A stretch of 64,000 nt of DNA, from NCBI GenBank assembly GCA_963740635.1, contig CAVUEQ010000001.1:273026-337025 (forward strand), written 5' to 3'. The position numbers were made by a program, and so were the translations under genes. Below the pieces are notes generated by a model that worked only from the letters and a program-made list of their open reading frames with translations, made no database searches and had not been told where the DNA came from. How positions within the stretch are numbered: the stretch's first letter is position 1; each line of letters opens with the position of its first letter. Shown piece by piece: positions 54,719 to 62,676 of the stretch. The DNA comes from an uncultured bacterium (GTDB lineage Bacteria; Patescibacteriota; Saccharimonadia; UBA4664).

Positions 54719-55615
54719 TTACTGGTCGTAGCTGCGGAGGTTTTCACCGGGTTCGCCGAGTTCCTCGTTTAGCAATACTTCCGTGATTTCTGAGCGGCGC
54801 ATAATGTCGGCCCGGTTGGTGAATTTAGTGTCATGGGGGATTGATTCGAAGAAGCTCACTACGTTGGCGGGTGCCTGCAACCTTCGCGCCCGGCTGGCGA
54901 TTTCGCCGCTGGTGACCGGAAAGTGCTCCACGGTCGCGAGCATGGCATTGAGCGCGGCCAGGTCGAGCGGCTCGGCCCGCGGCGCCGGGCGGTAGGCGTT
55001 CATGAGCTGCCTCACCTCTTCGTCGCTGACTTGGTCAAAATTTCGGTAGTAGGCGCCGATGGCGCCCAGAAACTTCGCGGGCAGCTCCAGTACCACGATG
55101 TCATCGGCAGATTCGATGATTTCGCGCGGCACATCTTCGGGCGCTACGGGGACAGCCACCACTATCTGGGCCGGTCGCAGTTTGCGCAGATCGCGCACGG
55201 CCGCAATCACCGTGAGGCCGGTGGCGATGCCGTCGTCCACCAGGATGGCAGTAATGCCTGCCCCATCCGGCACCGGCTGGTCGCCCTGGTACCTGACCCG
55301 TCGGCGCTTGGCCTCGCGCCGGGCGAGCTCAACTTGCCGCTGCCGCCACGGTTCATTGGTGAATTTGAGCTCGGCCGGGTTCCACACCGGCTCGCCGGTT
55401 TCGGTGACGGCGCCGATGGCGTATTCGGGCGATAGCGGGTGGCCGATTTTGCGCGGAATTATGAGTGCCAGGGGGGCATTCAGGTATCTGGCGACTTCGG
55501 CGCCGAGCACCACTCCGCCCCGGGGCAGGGCGTATACCACTACGTCCATCCCGCGGTAGGCGGTCAGGGTTCGCGCCAATTGAAGGCCCGCATCGGTGCG
55601 GTTTTTGAATACCAT
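54719..55615 (-). CDS. phosphoribosyltransferase-family protein with C-terminal DUF2795-like extension
   Basis: 298 aa. MVFKNRTDAG..LA..L, VVYALPRGGV and the PRPP loop AILVDDGIATGLT are present. The last ~90 aa (VEHFPVTSGEIASRARRLQAPANVVSFFESIP...) look DUF2795-like. Confidence 0.75.
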   Translation of the reverse strand: MVFKNRTDAGLQLARTLTAYRGMDVVVYALPRGGVVLGAEVARYLNAPLALIIPRKIGHPLSPEYAIGAVTETGEPVWNPAELKFTNEPWRQRQVELARREAKRRRVRYQGDQPVPDGAGITAILVDDGIATGLTVIAAVRDLRKLRPAQIVVAVPVAPEDVPREIIESADDIVVLELPAKFLGAIGAYYRNFDQVSDEEVRQLMNAYRPAPRAEPLDLAALNAMLATVEHFPVTSGEIASRARRLQAPANVVSFFESIPHDTKFTNRADIMRRSEITEVLLNEELGEPGENLRSYDQ

Positions 55616-55711
55616 GACTTACTCCCCTTTTCGGCCATTTATTTTACTACGCGTGGGCGTGCGATCCCATGTACGAAGACACACGCGTCCGAATTACTGC
55701 TTTACTTAACA

Positions 55712-55969
55712 TCACCGGTGCAATGATTGCAGTGACGTGGCGCACTCCAGGTAGAAAAGCTGGGTTATTGCTCGAGCAGTTTTTGATGGGTCGAAATAAT
55801 AGTCGCGCCAGCCGTCGGCGAAATCGTCGTATTCGGCTTCGGGGACGTTGGCGTGGGTGAACTCGATGGTGGTGCTGTTCCCTTCCGGTTTGAGCTTGAA
55901 GCTGTCCTTTTCGCTGCGCTCGGGGTTGTCGTGGCCGTGCCAGTCTTGCTCGAGCAATTCCGGCGGCAC
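55712..55969 (-). pseudogene. 5'-truncated SRPBCC/AHSA1-like gene fragment
   Basis: Only the C-terminal roughly half of the domain is present (...STTIEFTHANVPEAEYDDFADGWRDYYFDP...). In-frame stops lie immediately upstream of the GTG start. Deleting one base from the T5 run at 55780-55784 would give the family-like ending ...YYFDPSKLLEQ*. Confidence 0.4.
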
Positions 55970-55995
55970 AATTTGAGCATTTATTCAACATAACT

Positions 55996-56024
55996 TTGAC
56001 ATAATGTTGCAAAAAAAGATAAAT
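55996..56024 (+). promoter_or_regulatory. near-consensus sigma70-type promoter of the GT2-GH18 operon
   Basis: TTGACA (55996-56001), a 17-nt spacer, then ATAAAT (56019-56024). This places the ORF-track ATG at 56004 upstream of the predicted transcription start. Confidence 0.5.
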
Positions 56025-56060
56025 CCTGTTATACTTTTGTTCAACATTTGTTTTCTGCAG

Positions 56061-58418
56061 ATGGGGCTGCGCATCAAGGGCGCGGTATTTGATCGAGAGG
56101 TAGAGTTTCTAACTGTGAGAAGCCAAAAACATCACATTAAGCCAGCGCGCAGGCGTCAATGGGGCGCCGAGCGCCGCACAACGCCGTTGCCTGTTGTGCA
56201 TGCTCGTCCGTCAACTAGGCTGATCACATCGAGCCGATTGGCTATCGTGGTCACGGTGCTGATGTGGTTGGCGTATGTGGTTTCGGTGATTATCCGGCAA
56301 TTTTTCGAAGGTCCTCATAGCTTCCAGTTCACGATGCAGGCAATTGGCTATGTGGTGGTGGTGACGTTCCTTACGTTTTCGGCTTTGATGTATTTGATCG
56401 CCCGTCAGGGTGCTCTACAGCGGTTTAGCAAACATATCCGTGTACCGCGGGCCGAGCTGGACCGGCACTTTTCGCATGAGCGGTCGTCGATTACAGTGCT
56501 GGTGCCCTCGTACAGCGAGGAGCCGGGGGTGGTCCGTAAAACCTTGATTTCCGCGGCGCTGCAGGAATACCCCGGATTGCGGGTGGTGCTGCTGCTTGAT
56601 GACAATCCAAACCCGACAAATCCGCCTGTGGCGGCGCGGCTGGAGGCGACACGGGTATTGGCTGGAGACATTATGAAACTCATGTCGAAGCCGCGCGTAC
56701 GGTTTGGCGACGCGCTGGCGCGGTTTGAAAAAGACAATGCCAAGGCTTCATTTGCGAGCTCTGACGAAGTGCGCGAATTGGCCGGGCATTATGCCTGGGC
56801 TTCGGCATGGCTAAATGCGCAGGCCGATAATGAAGAGGTTGAGGACCATGTGGATGTGTTCTTTGGTGAGCAGGTGCTGCGGGGTTTGGCCGGCGAGCTC
56901 AGCTTGGTTGGCGAGGCTCTGGATGCTTCGTGCACTGAAGGAGCGCGAATACCGGCATCGCGCGTGAGTCAGCTGTACCGGCGCTTGGCTTGGATTTTTG
57001 AAGCTGAGATAGAGGTGTTCGAGCGCAAAAAATACGCTTCACTATCGCATGAGGCGAACAAAGCCATGAACCTGAATTCGTATATCGCTCTGATGGGCGG
57101 TACCTACCGGCGGGTGCAAACCCCCGACGGGATTGTGCTCGTGCCGGCCGCCGGGCGCAGCCAAAACACGGTCACATTTCCGGATAGCGATTTTTTGCTT
57201 ACACTGGACGCAGATTCCATTCTGCTGCGGGATTATTGCCTGCGCTTGGTCTATTTCCTGCAACGGCCAGATAATGCCCGTGTGGCGGTAACCCAGACCC
57301 CCTACTCATCATTTCGTGGGGCGGGTACCCGCATTGAACGTCTGGCCGGCGCCACTACCGACATTCAGCACATTTTGCATCAGGGCATGAGCCACTATGG
57401 GGCGACGTTTTGGGTGGGGGCGAACGCGGTAATTCGCAAGCGAGCGCTCGAAGACATCGCCGAAACGGAATGGGTGGGCGGATTTGAGGTCCGCCGTTTT
57501 ATCCAGGACCGCACAGTGATCGAAGACACCGAGTCGAGCATTGACCTGGCCAAGCACAGCTGGACGCTCGTAAATTACCCGGAGCGGCTGAGCTACAGCG
57601 CGACGCCGCCGGACTTTGGTTCGTTGATTGTGCAGCGCCGGCGTTGGGCCAACGGCGGCCTCCTGATTCTGCCGAAGCTGTGGGCAACCGTGCGTGCGCG
57701 CCGCAGCCGCAGCGAGTTGGTGGCGAGCACTGAGGTACTGCTGCGGTTGAACTATATGGCCTCGATCGCATGGGCGAGCTTTGGCCTCATCTTTCTGCTG
57801 GCGTATCCCTACGATGGCCGCCTGTTGAGTCCTTTTGTGCTCCTGGCTGCTCTCCCATATTTTCTGGCCATGGCCAGCGATTTGAAATATTGCGGCTACA
57901 AGCGAAGTGACGTGTTGAGGATTTATGGCTTTAACCTGATTTTGCTGCCGGTAAATCTGGCCGGCGTACTGAAGTCCCTGCAGCAGGCGCTAAGTGGCAA
58001 GAAAATCCCATTCGCGCGCACGCCCAAGGTAAAAAATCGCACCACTTCGCCAATGCTGTACGTAGTGGCGCCGTTGCTGATCGTGGGGTTCTCGTTGTTT
58101 ACGCTATGGCGCGACGAGACCGCCCAAAACTGGGGCAACGCGGCCTTTGCGGCTTTCAATGCGTTTGTGGCGGCTTGGGCAATTCTGGCCTACATCGGTG
58201 TCGGTAACACTTTGATTGATATTTGGCGCGGCCTTACGAATTGGCTGTATGTGGAAGTTGATAGCAACCCGAAGACTCCAACCAGCAAAGGTGAGGGCGT
58301 GCTCGATTGGCGCGCGGTCCTTTATCATGGTGACGCCAAGGAAACGGTGCCGGTAATCGCGCCAAATTATGCCGCCGCTGGCACAATGCCGGCCGAGAAG
58401 AGACAGGTGACGTCGTGA
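56061..58418 (+). CDS. processive family-2 glycosyltransferase (cellulose/chitin/hyaluronan-synthase-like) with flanking TM helices
   Basis: DD lies near nt 56598, DAD at 57207-57215, ED near 57522 and QRRRW (QxxRW) at 57633-57647. There are 2 TM helices N-terminal and several C-terminal. The start is uncertain (56061, GTG 56115 or GTG 56196). Confidence 0.8.
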   Translation: MGLRIKGAVFDREVEFLTVRSQKHHIKPARRRQWGAERRTTPLPVVHARPSTRLITSSRLAIVVTVLMWLAYVVSVIIRQFFEGPHSFQFTMQAIGYVVVVTFLTFSALMYLIARQGALQRFSKHIRVPRAELDRHFSHERSSITVLVPSYSEEPGVVRKTLISAALQEYPGLRVVLLLDDNPNPTNPPVAARLEATRVLAGDIMKLMSKPRVRFGDALARFEKDNAKASFASSDEVRELAGHYAWASAWLNAQADNEEVEDHVDVFFGEQVLRGLAGELSLVGEALDASCTEGARIPASRVSQLYRRLAWIFEAEIEVFERKKYASLSHEANKAMNLNSYIALMGGTYRRVQTPDGIVLVPAAGRSQNTVTFPDSDFLLTLDADSILLRDYCLRLVYFLQRPDNARVAVTQTPYSSFRGAGTRIERLAGATTDIQHILHQGMSHYGATFWVGANAVIRKRALEDIAETEWVGGFEVRRFIQDRTVIEDTESSIDLAKHSWTLVNYPERLSYSATPPDFGSLIVQRRRWANGGLLILPKLWATVRARRSRSELVASTEVLLRLNYMASIAWASFGLIFLLAYPYDGRLLSPFVLLAALPYFLAMASDLKYCGYKRSDVLRIYGFNLILLPVNLAGVLKSLQQALSGKKIPFARTPKVKNRTTSPMLYVVAPLLIVGFSLFTLWRDETAQNWGNAAFAAFNAFVAAWAILAYIGVGNTLIDIWRGLTNWLYVEVDSNPKTPTSKGEGVLDWRAVLYHGDAKETVPVIAPNYAAAGTMPAEKRQVTS

Positions 58419-59974
58419 GCGCTGAACCGCAGCGGCGCTTGTCGCCCTGGCGGGTGGCGCTGGCGGTCTTGATATTGGCCGGGGGTATCGCCGGCGGGGC
58501 ATTTGGTGGCCAGCGATGGTTGGCAGACCGTCTGGGCGGGTCTCATGAGCCATGGTTTGCCAGCTACGTGGATGTGACAGCGACGCCCGCCTTCGCTTTC
58601 GACCAGATGGGCACCACGCCAAACCGAGACGCTGTGCTGTCGTTTGTAGTGTCGCTGCCGGCAGAGCCCTGCACCCCTGCTTGGGGGGGCGCGTACACAT
58701 TGGCACAGGCTAGCGGTTCGCTAGATTTGGACCGGCGAATCGCACGGCTCAAGCAGCAGGGTGGGAACGTTGCAGTGTCGTTTGGGGGTATGAAGAACCA
58801 GGAATTGGCCGTAGGATGCAGTGAACCGGATAAGCTTACGAACGCGTACCGGTCGGTGGTGGAGCAATACAGAATCGAAACAATTGATTTGGATTTGGAA
58901 AATGACGGCCTCACCAACACCGTTGCCGGTGAGCGCCGAGCTGAGGCGATCGCCAAGCTGCAGTCGGAGCGCCGCGCCCTGGGCAAAAAGCTGGCGGTGT
59001 GGGTGACGCTGCCGGTGACACCGCAGGGGCTCAATGAGGACGGCACAAATGCCGTCGCCCAGCTTTTGGCGAAGGGTGTGGACTTGGCCGGCGTAAACGT
59101 TATGACGATGAATTATGGCTCTAGCCGGCCGCAGGGTCAATCTATGCTGGCCGCTTCCGAAAGTGCGTTGACCCAGACCCAGCGACAGCTGGGTGTGCTT
59201 TACCAGAGCAGGGGTCTGAACCTCAGTGCAAGTACGCTCTGGTCGAAGGTAGGCGCCACACCGATGATCGGCCAAAATGACGACGCCGACGAGGTGTTTA
59301 CGATCGATGACGCCAATGGTTTGAACCAATTTGCCAGGCTGCATGGGGTGGGACGAATGTCGATGTGGTCGGCCAACCGTGACCTTACATGCGGTGGCAA
59401 CTATGTGGATGTGAAGGTGGTTTCGGATTCATGCAGCGGCGTTGTCGAAGACAAGCACGGTTTTGGGGCCGTGCTGGGCGCCGGATTTACGGGTAGCTTG
59501 AAGCAGAGCGCCGGCGTGGTTACCACCCAAGAGAAGGCTTCGACTGTGCAGACGGCGGACAACCCCGCCGAAAGCCCATACCAGATCTGGGCGGCGGCGG
59601 GGGCGTATCTCCAGGGCACGAAGGTCGTGTGGCACCACAATGTGTACGAGGCCAAATGGTGGACTCAGGGTGACATGCCTGATAACCCCGTGCTTCAGAG
59701 TTGGCAGACTCCCTGGGATCTGATTGGTCCGGTGCTGCCTGGTGAGAAGCCGATTCCACAGCCGACTCTGCCTGCTGGAACCTACCCGGATTGGGTGGGA
59801 ACCGCCACCTACAACACTGCCGACAGGGTGCTATTTAACGGCGTCCCCTATCAGGCCAAATGGTGGAACCAGGGCCAAAGCCCGGCTGCTGCTTCATCAA
59901 ATGCCGACAGTTCGCCTTGGACTCCGCTCACTCAAGCTCAAATCAACACGCTGCTGTCTGCTTCTAGCAAATAG
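58415..59974 (+). CDS. membrane-anchored GH18 chitinase-like hydrolase with two C-terminal CBM5/12-type chitin-binding modules
   Basis: 519 aa. The GTG start overlaps the GT2 stop (GTGA). An N-terminal TM helix is present. The GH18 block is VSFGG...IDLDLE (DxDxE at 58886-58900), with later ...MNYG and MIGQND blocks. Two YxAKWW(T/N)QG modules lie at about 59576-59719 and 59780-59929. Confidence 0.85.
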   Translation: MSAEPQRRLSPWRVALAVLILAGGIAGGAFGGQRWLADRLGGSHEPWFASYVDVTATPAFAFDQMGTTPNRDAVLSFVVSLPAEPCTPAWGGAYTLAQASGSLDLDRRIARLKQQGGNVAVSFGGMKNQELAVGCSEPDKLTNAYRSVVEQYRIETIDLDLENDGLTNTVAGERRAEAIAKLQSERRALGKKLAVWVTLPVTPQGLNEDGTNAVAQLLAKGVDLAGVNVMTMNYGSSRPQGQSMLAASESALTQTQRQLGVLYQSRGLNLSASTLWSKVGATPMIGQNDDADEVFTIDDANGLNQFARLHGVGRMSMWSANRDLTCGGNYVDVKVVSDSCSGVVEDKHGFGAVLGAGFTGSLKQSAGVVTTQEKASTVQTADNPAESPYQIWAAAGAYLQGTKVVWHHNVYEAKWWTQGDMPDNPVLQSWQTPWDLIGPVLPGEKPIPQPTLPAGTYPDWVGTATYNTADRVLFNGVPYQAKWWNQGQSPAAASSNADSSPWTPLTQAQINTLLSASSK

Positions 59975-60018
59975 TTTGCCGGTCTGTCACTTTGTGATGT
60001 CGGTTATAATACTTCGTG

Positions 60019-60283
60019 ATGACTTACCGCGAAATACTCCACACACAGCAGCAGGTGAACGAGCGGATCGCCGGGATGGCGGCCGAGATACCACGCCGCG
60101 CGGGTTGAGTTTGTGGTGCTCGTGAAGAAGCACAAAGACCCACCAATAGCCCACGAGGTGGCGACTTTTGGCTTTGAGACGCCGGATAACTGGCTGATTG
60201 GGATGGGCATGGACGACCCCAGGATCGCCCCGGAAGCCAATCGCTGGGCTGGTTGGATCGCCGTCGCGAACAACCGGAGATAA
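60019..60283 (+). pseudogene. hpt: hypoxanthine phosphoribosyltransferase remnant with internal deletion and frameshift
   Basis: The N-terminal piece is MTYREILHTQQQVNERIAGMAAEI..* (stop at 60106). The C-terminal piece, in the +1 frame, is EFVVLVKKHKDPPIAHEVATFGFETPDNWLIGMGMDD...*. It aligns to the Hpt C-terminus (LLDKPSRR..V..GF.IPD.FVVGYG.D). About 100 central codons, including the PRPP loop, are absent. Confidence 0.55.
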
Positions 60284-60349
60284 TTTGTGAAATCCGTTAC
60301 ATATTCTTCCGCTCTGCCGGGCTAGAATGGCTGAAAACTGGAGGATCTT

Positions 60350-60766
60350 ATGAGGGGACCAATTGACTACATAATTGTTGGCTTTGAGGGCAACAAGTTT
60401 AATGGCAGCATACTGAAGGCGCTGGCTGATGCGCTGGACAGCGGTGTGATTGGGCTGGTGGCGCTCACGGTGATACGCAAAGACAAAGAGGGGAAAATTA
60501 CGAAAATCGACATCGCCGATGCGGGTGATTCGTACATGGTCGACTTCATTGAGAAGTACAGCACTGGGCGGTCGGAGATGGACGAAGACGACGTTGCCGA
60601 GGCCGGTGACCTGCTCGAAAAAGATACGGCTGCCGGTCTGCTGGTGGTCGAGCATCTGTGGGCGAAGCCGCTGAAGCGGGCGATTCTGGAGACCGGCGGA
60701 GTGCTGGTGGCCGAGGGCCGGATCCACCCGGAGGCAGAGGAAGAACTAAGCTTAAAGGAGGCATGA
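60350..60766 (+). CDS. DUF6325-like protein
   Basis: 138 aa. GPIDYIIVGFEGNKFNGSILKALADALDSGVIGLVAL...DKEGK...LLVVEHLWAKPL. The SD GGAGGA lies upstream. It is paired with a SHOCT gene 1 nt downstream. Confidence 0.6.
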   Translation: MRGPIDYIIVGFEGNKFNGSILKALADALDSGVIGLVALTVIRKDKEGKITKIDIADAGDSYMVDFIEKYSTGRSEMDEDDVAEAGDLLEKDTAAGLLVVEHLWAKPLKRAILETGGVLVAEGRIHPEAEEELSLKEA

Positions 60767-60767
60767 G

Positions 60768-61028
60768 ATGGGATTACTACGAGGAGTAGCGCGGACGGCG
60801 GTGGTGGCCGGTACGGCGACGGCGGTGTCGAACCGGGTGAGCCGGCGGCAGATGCGGCGCTGGGGCGATCAGGATGCGCAGCAGGAGGCTGAGGCCCAGC
60901 CGGAAGCCGAGCCGGTTTCGACCGACCCGATGACGGCCGAGCTGGAAAATCTAGCCGATTTGCGGCAGAGGGGCATCTTGACCCAGGCCGAATTCGACGC
61001 CAAAAAGAAGCAAGTTCTGGGAATTTAA
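60768..61028 (+). CDS. SHOCT-domain protein
   Basis: 86 aa. The C-terminal LENLADLRQRGILTQAEFDAKKKQVL is the SHOCT motif. Confidence 0.8.
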   Translation: MGLLRGVARTAVVAGTATAVSNRVSRRQMRRWGDQDAQQEAEAQPEAEPVSTDPMTAELENLADLRQRGILTQAEFDAKKKQVLGI

Positions 61029-61101
61029 TAACCAGCTACGGGGGCCAGGTGTGATGATGCCTGGCCCCGCTTGCCGGGCTTATGGTGCAGTGGGAGTAAT
61101 T

Positions 61102-61767
61102 ATGGCTACAGATAGGACAAAATCTAGCGGTCGCCAGCGCCTGGCCCAGATCCTGCGCACTATTATCCTGGTAACCGGGACGTATCAGCTGGTGTTTGGC
61201 GAGCGCCTGATGGGCTTGGCTACTCTATTGTGCCTGCTGGCGATTACACTGCCGGGTCTGGTCACGCGGGGCCGGCTGAAGGCCCTGCCGCTACAATTCG
61301 AGCTGATATTGTTTGGGATGGTGACGCTGCAGTTCGTGGTGGGCGAGTTCTTTAATTTCTATGACAATGTCCCCTACTTCGACAAAGTGGTGCATTTCTC
61401 GCTGCCATTTTTCTTGGGGTACATTGTGGCGATGCTGGCCTACGCCATGGTGACTACGGGCAACCTGCGCATGTCCGCGGGCCTGGGTTTTGTGATAGTG
61501 GTGCTGGTGACGATGGGGATTGGGGCATTTTGGGAGATCGTGGAGTATCTTTCGGACATTTTTTTGCACACCGTCTCCCAGGGCAGCCTCACGGCCAACC
61601 CGCTCGTCGACACCATGAACGACCTCATCGCGGATACACTGGGGGGCTTGTTTGGGGCGCTCGTGGCCTGGCGGGCTATTCGCCGCGGCCGGGCGACCCA
61701 TGACGAGCGCCTGTCGGCCACGACGGATGAGATTGCGACCGACTTCTCCATGGCCTCACGGAAGTGA
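61102..61767 (+). CDS. integral membrane protein, unknown family
   Basis: Start re-assigned to ATG 61102, 5 nt after GGGAG. It has about 5 TM helices and a WEIVEYLSD...D.MNDLIAD block. Confidence 0.55.
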   Translation: MATDRTKSSGRQRLAQILRTIILVTGTYQLVFGERLMGLATLLCLLAITLPGLVTRGRLKALPLQFELILFGMVTLQFVVGEFFNFYDNVPYFDKVVHFSLPFFLGYIVAMLAYAMVTTGNLRMSAGLGFVIVVLVTMGIGAFWEIVEYLSDIFLHTVSQGSLTANPLVDTMNDLIADTLGGLFGALVAWRAIRRGRATHDERLSATTDEIATDFSMASRK

Positions 61768-61813
61768 CCGGATAGTTTTATAGTAACAATGCAACTATTT
61801 TCAAGGAGGTTCC

Positions 61814-62146
61814 ATGGCAGAAAGCGTAAAAGTACTCGTGTATCCCGCAAAGGATTTGGAGGCCGCTAAGGCATTATTTAAGACGTTTTTGGGCGTGGAC
61901 CCATACGTGGACGGTGCATATTACGTCGGGTATAATGCGGGTGAGCTGGAGGTTGGCCTGGATCCCAACGGCGAGGCAGTCATTGCTTACATTGATGTGG
62001 ACGATATTCAAGCGAGTCTGCAAGCCCTAGTGGACGCCGGTGCCAGCCTTCATCAACCGGCCAAAGACGTTGGCGGTGGCTTGTTAATTGCTCAGGTAAA
62101 AGATGCCAATGGGAATGTTTTGGGGCTGAGGCAAGCGGCTAAGTAA
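61814..62146 (+). CDS. VOC/glyoxalase-family small protein
   Basis: 110 aa. The SD AAGGAGG lies upstream. ...FLGVDPYVDGAYYVGY...LIAQVKDANGNVLGL fits the glyoxalase fold pattern. Confidence 0.75.
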   Translation: MAESVKVLVYPAKDLEAAKALFKTFLGVDPYVDGAYYVGYNAGELEVGLDPNGEAVIAYIDVDDIQASLQALVDAGASLHQPAKDVGGGLLIAQVKDANGNVLGLRQAAK

Positions 62147-62158
62147 CAGAATGCGGAA

Positions 62159-62187
62159 TTGACGGCATTACGGCATTACAGTAAAAT
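62159..62187 (+). promoter_or_regulatory. promoter of second TA pair with tandem 8-mer in the spacer; leaderless geometry
   Basis: TTGACG (62159-64), a 17-nt spacer, then TAAAAT (62182-87). ATG 62194 lies 6 nt downstream. The spacer contains ACGGCATT-ACGGCATT (62162-62177). Confidence 0.5.
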
Positions 62188-62193
62188 GGTAAC

Positions 62194-62424
62194 ATGATTA
62201 CTAAAGCCACACTTTATCTGGATTCAGACATGTACAAGGCCCTCAAGTTACGCGCGGTCGAAACTGGTCAGTCTATATCTACCTTAATGAACGATGCCCT
62301 GCAGGCACAGCTGGGTGAGGATTTGGAGGATATTGAAGCTATTCGCTCACGACTGGCTAAGAATGAGACGCCCCTTACCTACGAGGCTGCTTTACTAGAA
62401 TTAAAAAACAATGGCTCTATATAG
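62194..62424 (+). CDS. ribbon-helix-helix antitoxin (paralog of 8431..8661)
   Basis: 76 aa. MITKATLYLDSDMYKALKLRAVETGQSISTLMNDAL is an RHH N-terminus. It overlaps the toxin gene by 14 nt. Confidence 0.7.
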   Translation: MITKATLYLDSDMYKALKLRAVETGQSISTLMNDALQAQLGEDLEDIEAIRSRLAKNETPLTYEAALLELKNNGSI

Positions 62425-62671
62425 TATCGAGATCTTGCCAAGTGTTATTCGAAAGGACTTAGTGCGACTCCCCAAAACCGATGTTCAGAGAATAATGAGT
62501 CGTATCAAAGATCTCGGTGATGATCCGCGCCGGCCCTGGTCAAAAAAACTTTCGGGAAGGGAAGAATACCGAGCAAGACAGGGAAACTACCGGATACTGT
62601 ATGTTATTGAAGACGCAATCAGGGTAGTCCAGGTGACAAAAGTTGGCCATCGCCGCGAAATCTATCAATGA
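62411..62671 (+). CDS. RelE/ParE-family type II toxin (paralog of 8667..8918)
   Basis: 86 aa. ...DLVRLPKTDVQRIMSRIKDLGDDPRP...YRARQGNYRILYVIEDAIRVVQVTKVGHRREIY. Confidence 0.85.
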   Translation: MALYSIEILPSVIRKDLVRLPKTDVQRIMSRIKDLGDDPRRPWSKKLSGREEYRARQGNYRILYVIEDAIRVVQVTKVGHRREIYQ

Positions 62672-62676
62672 TTACC

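Noticed and set aside
59987-60727. 246-aa minus-strand ORF
   Set aside because: It spans the hpt remnant and is antisense to the SD-led DUF6325-like gene. The translation has no motifs.
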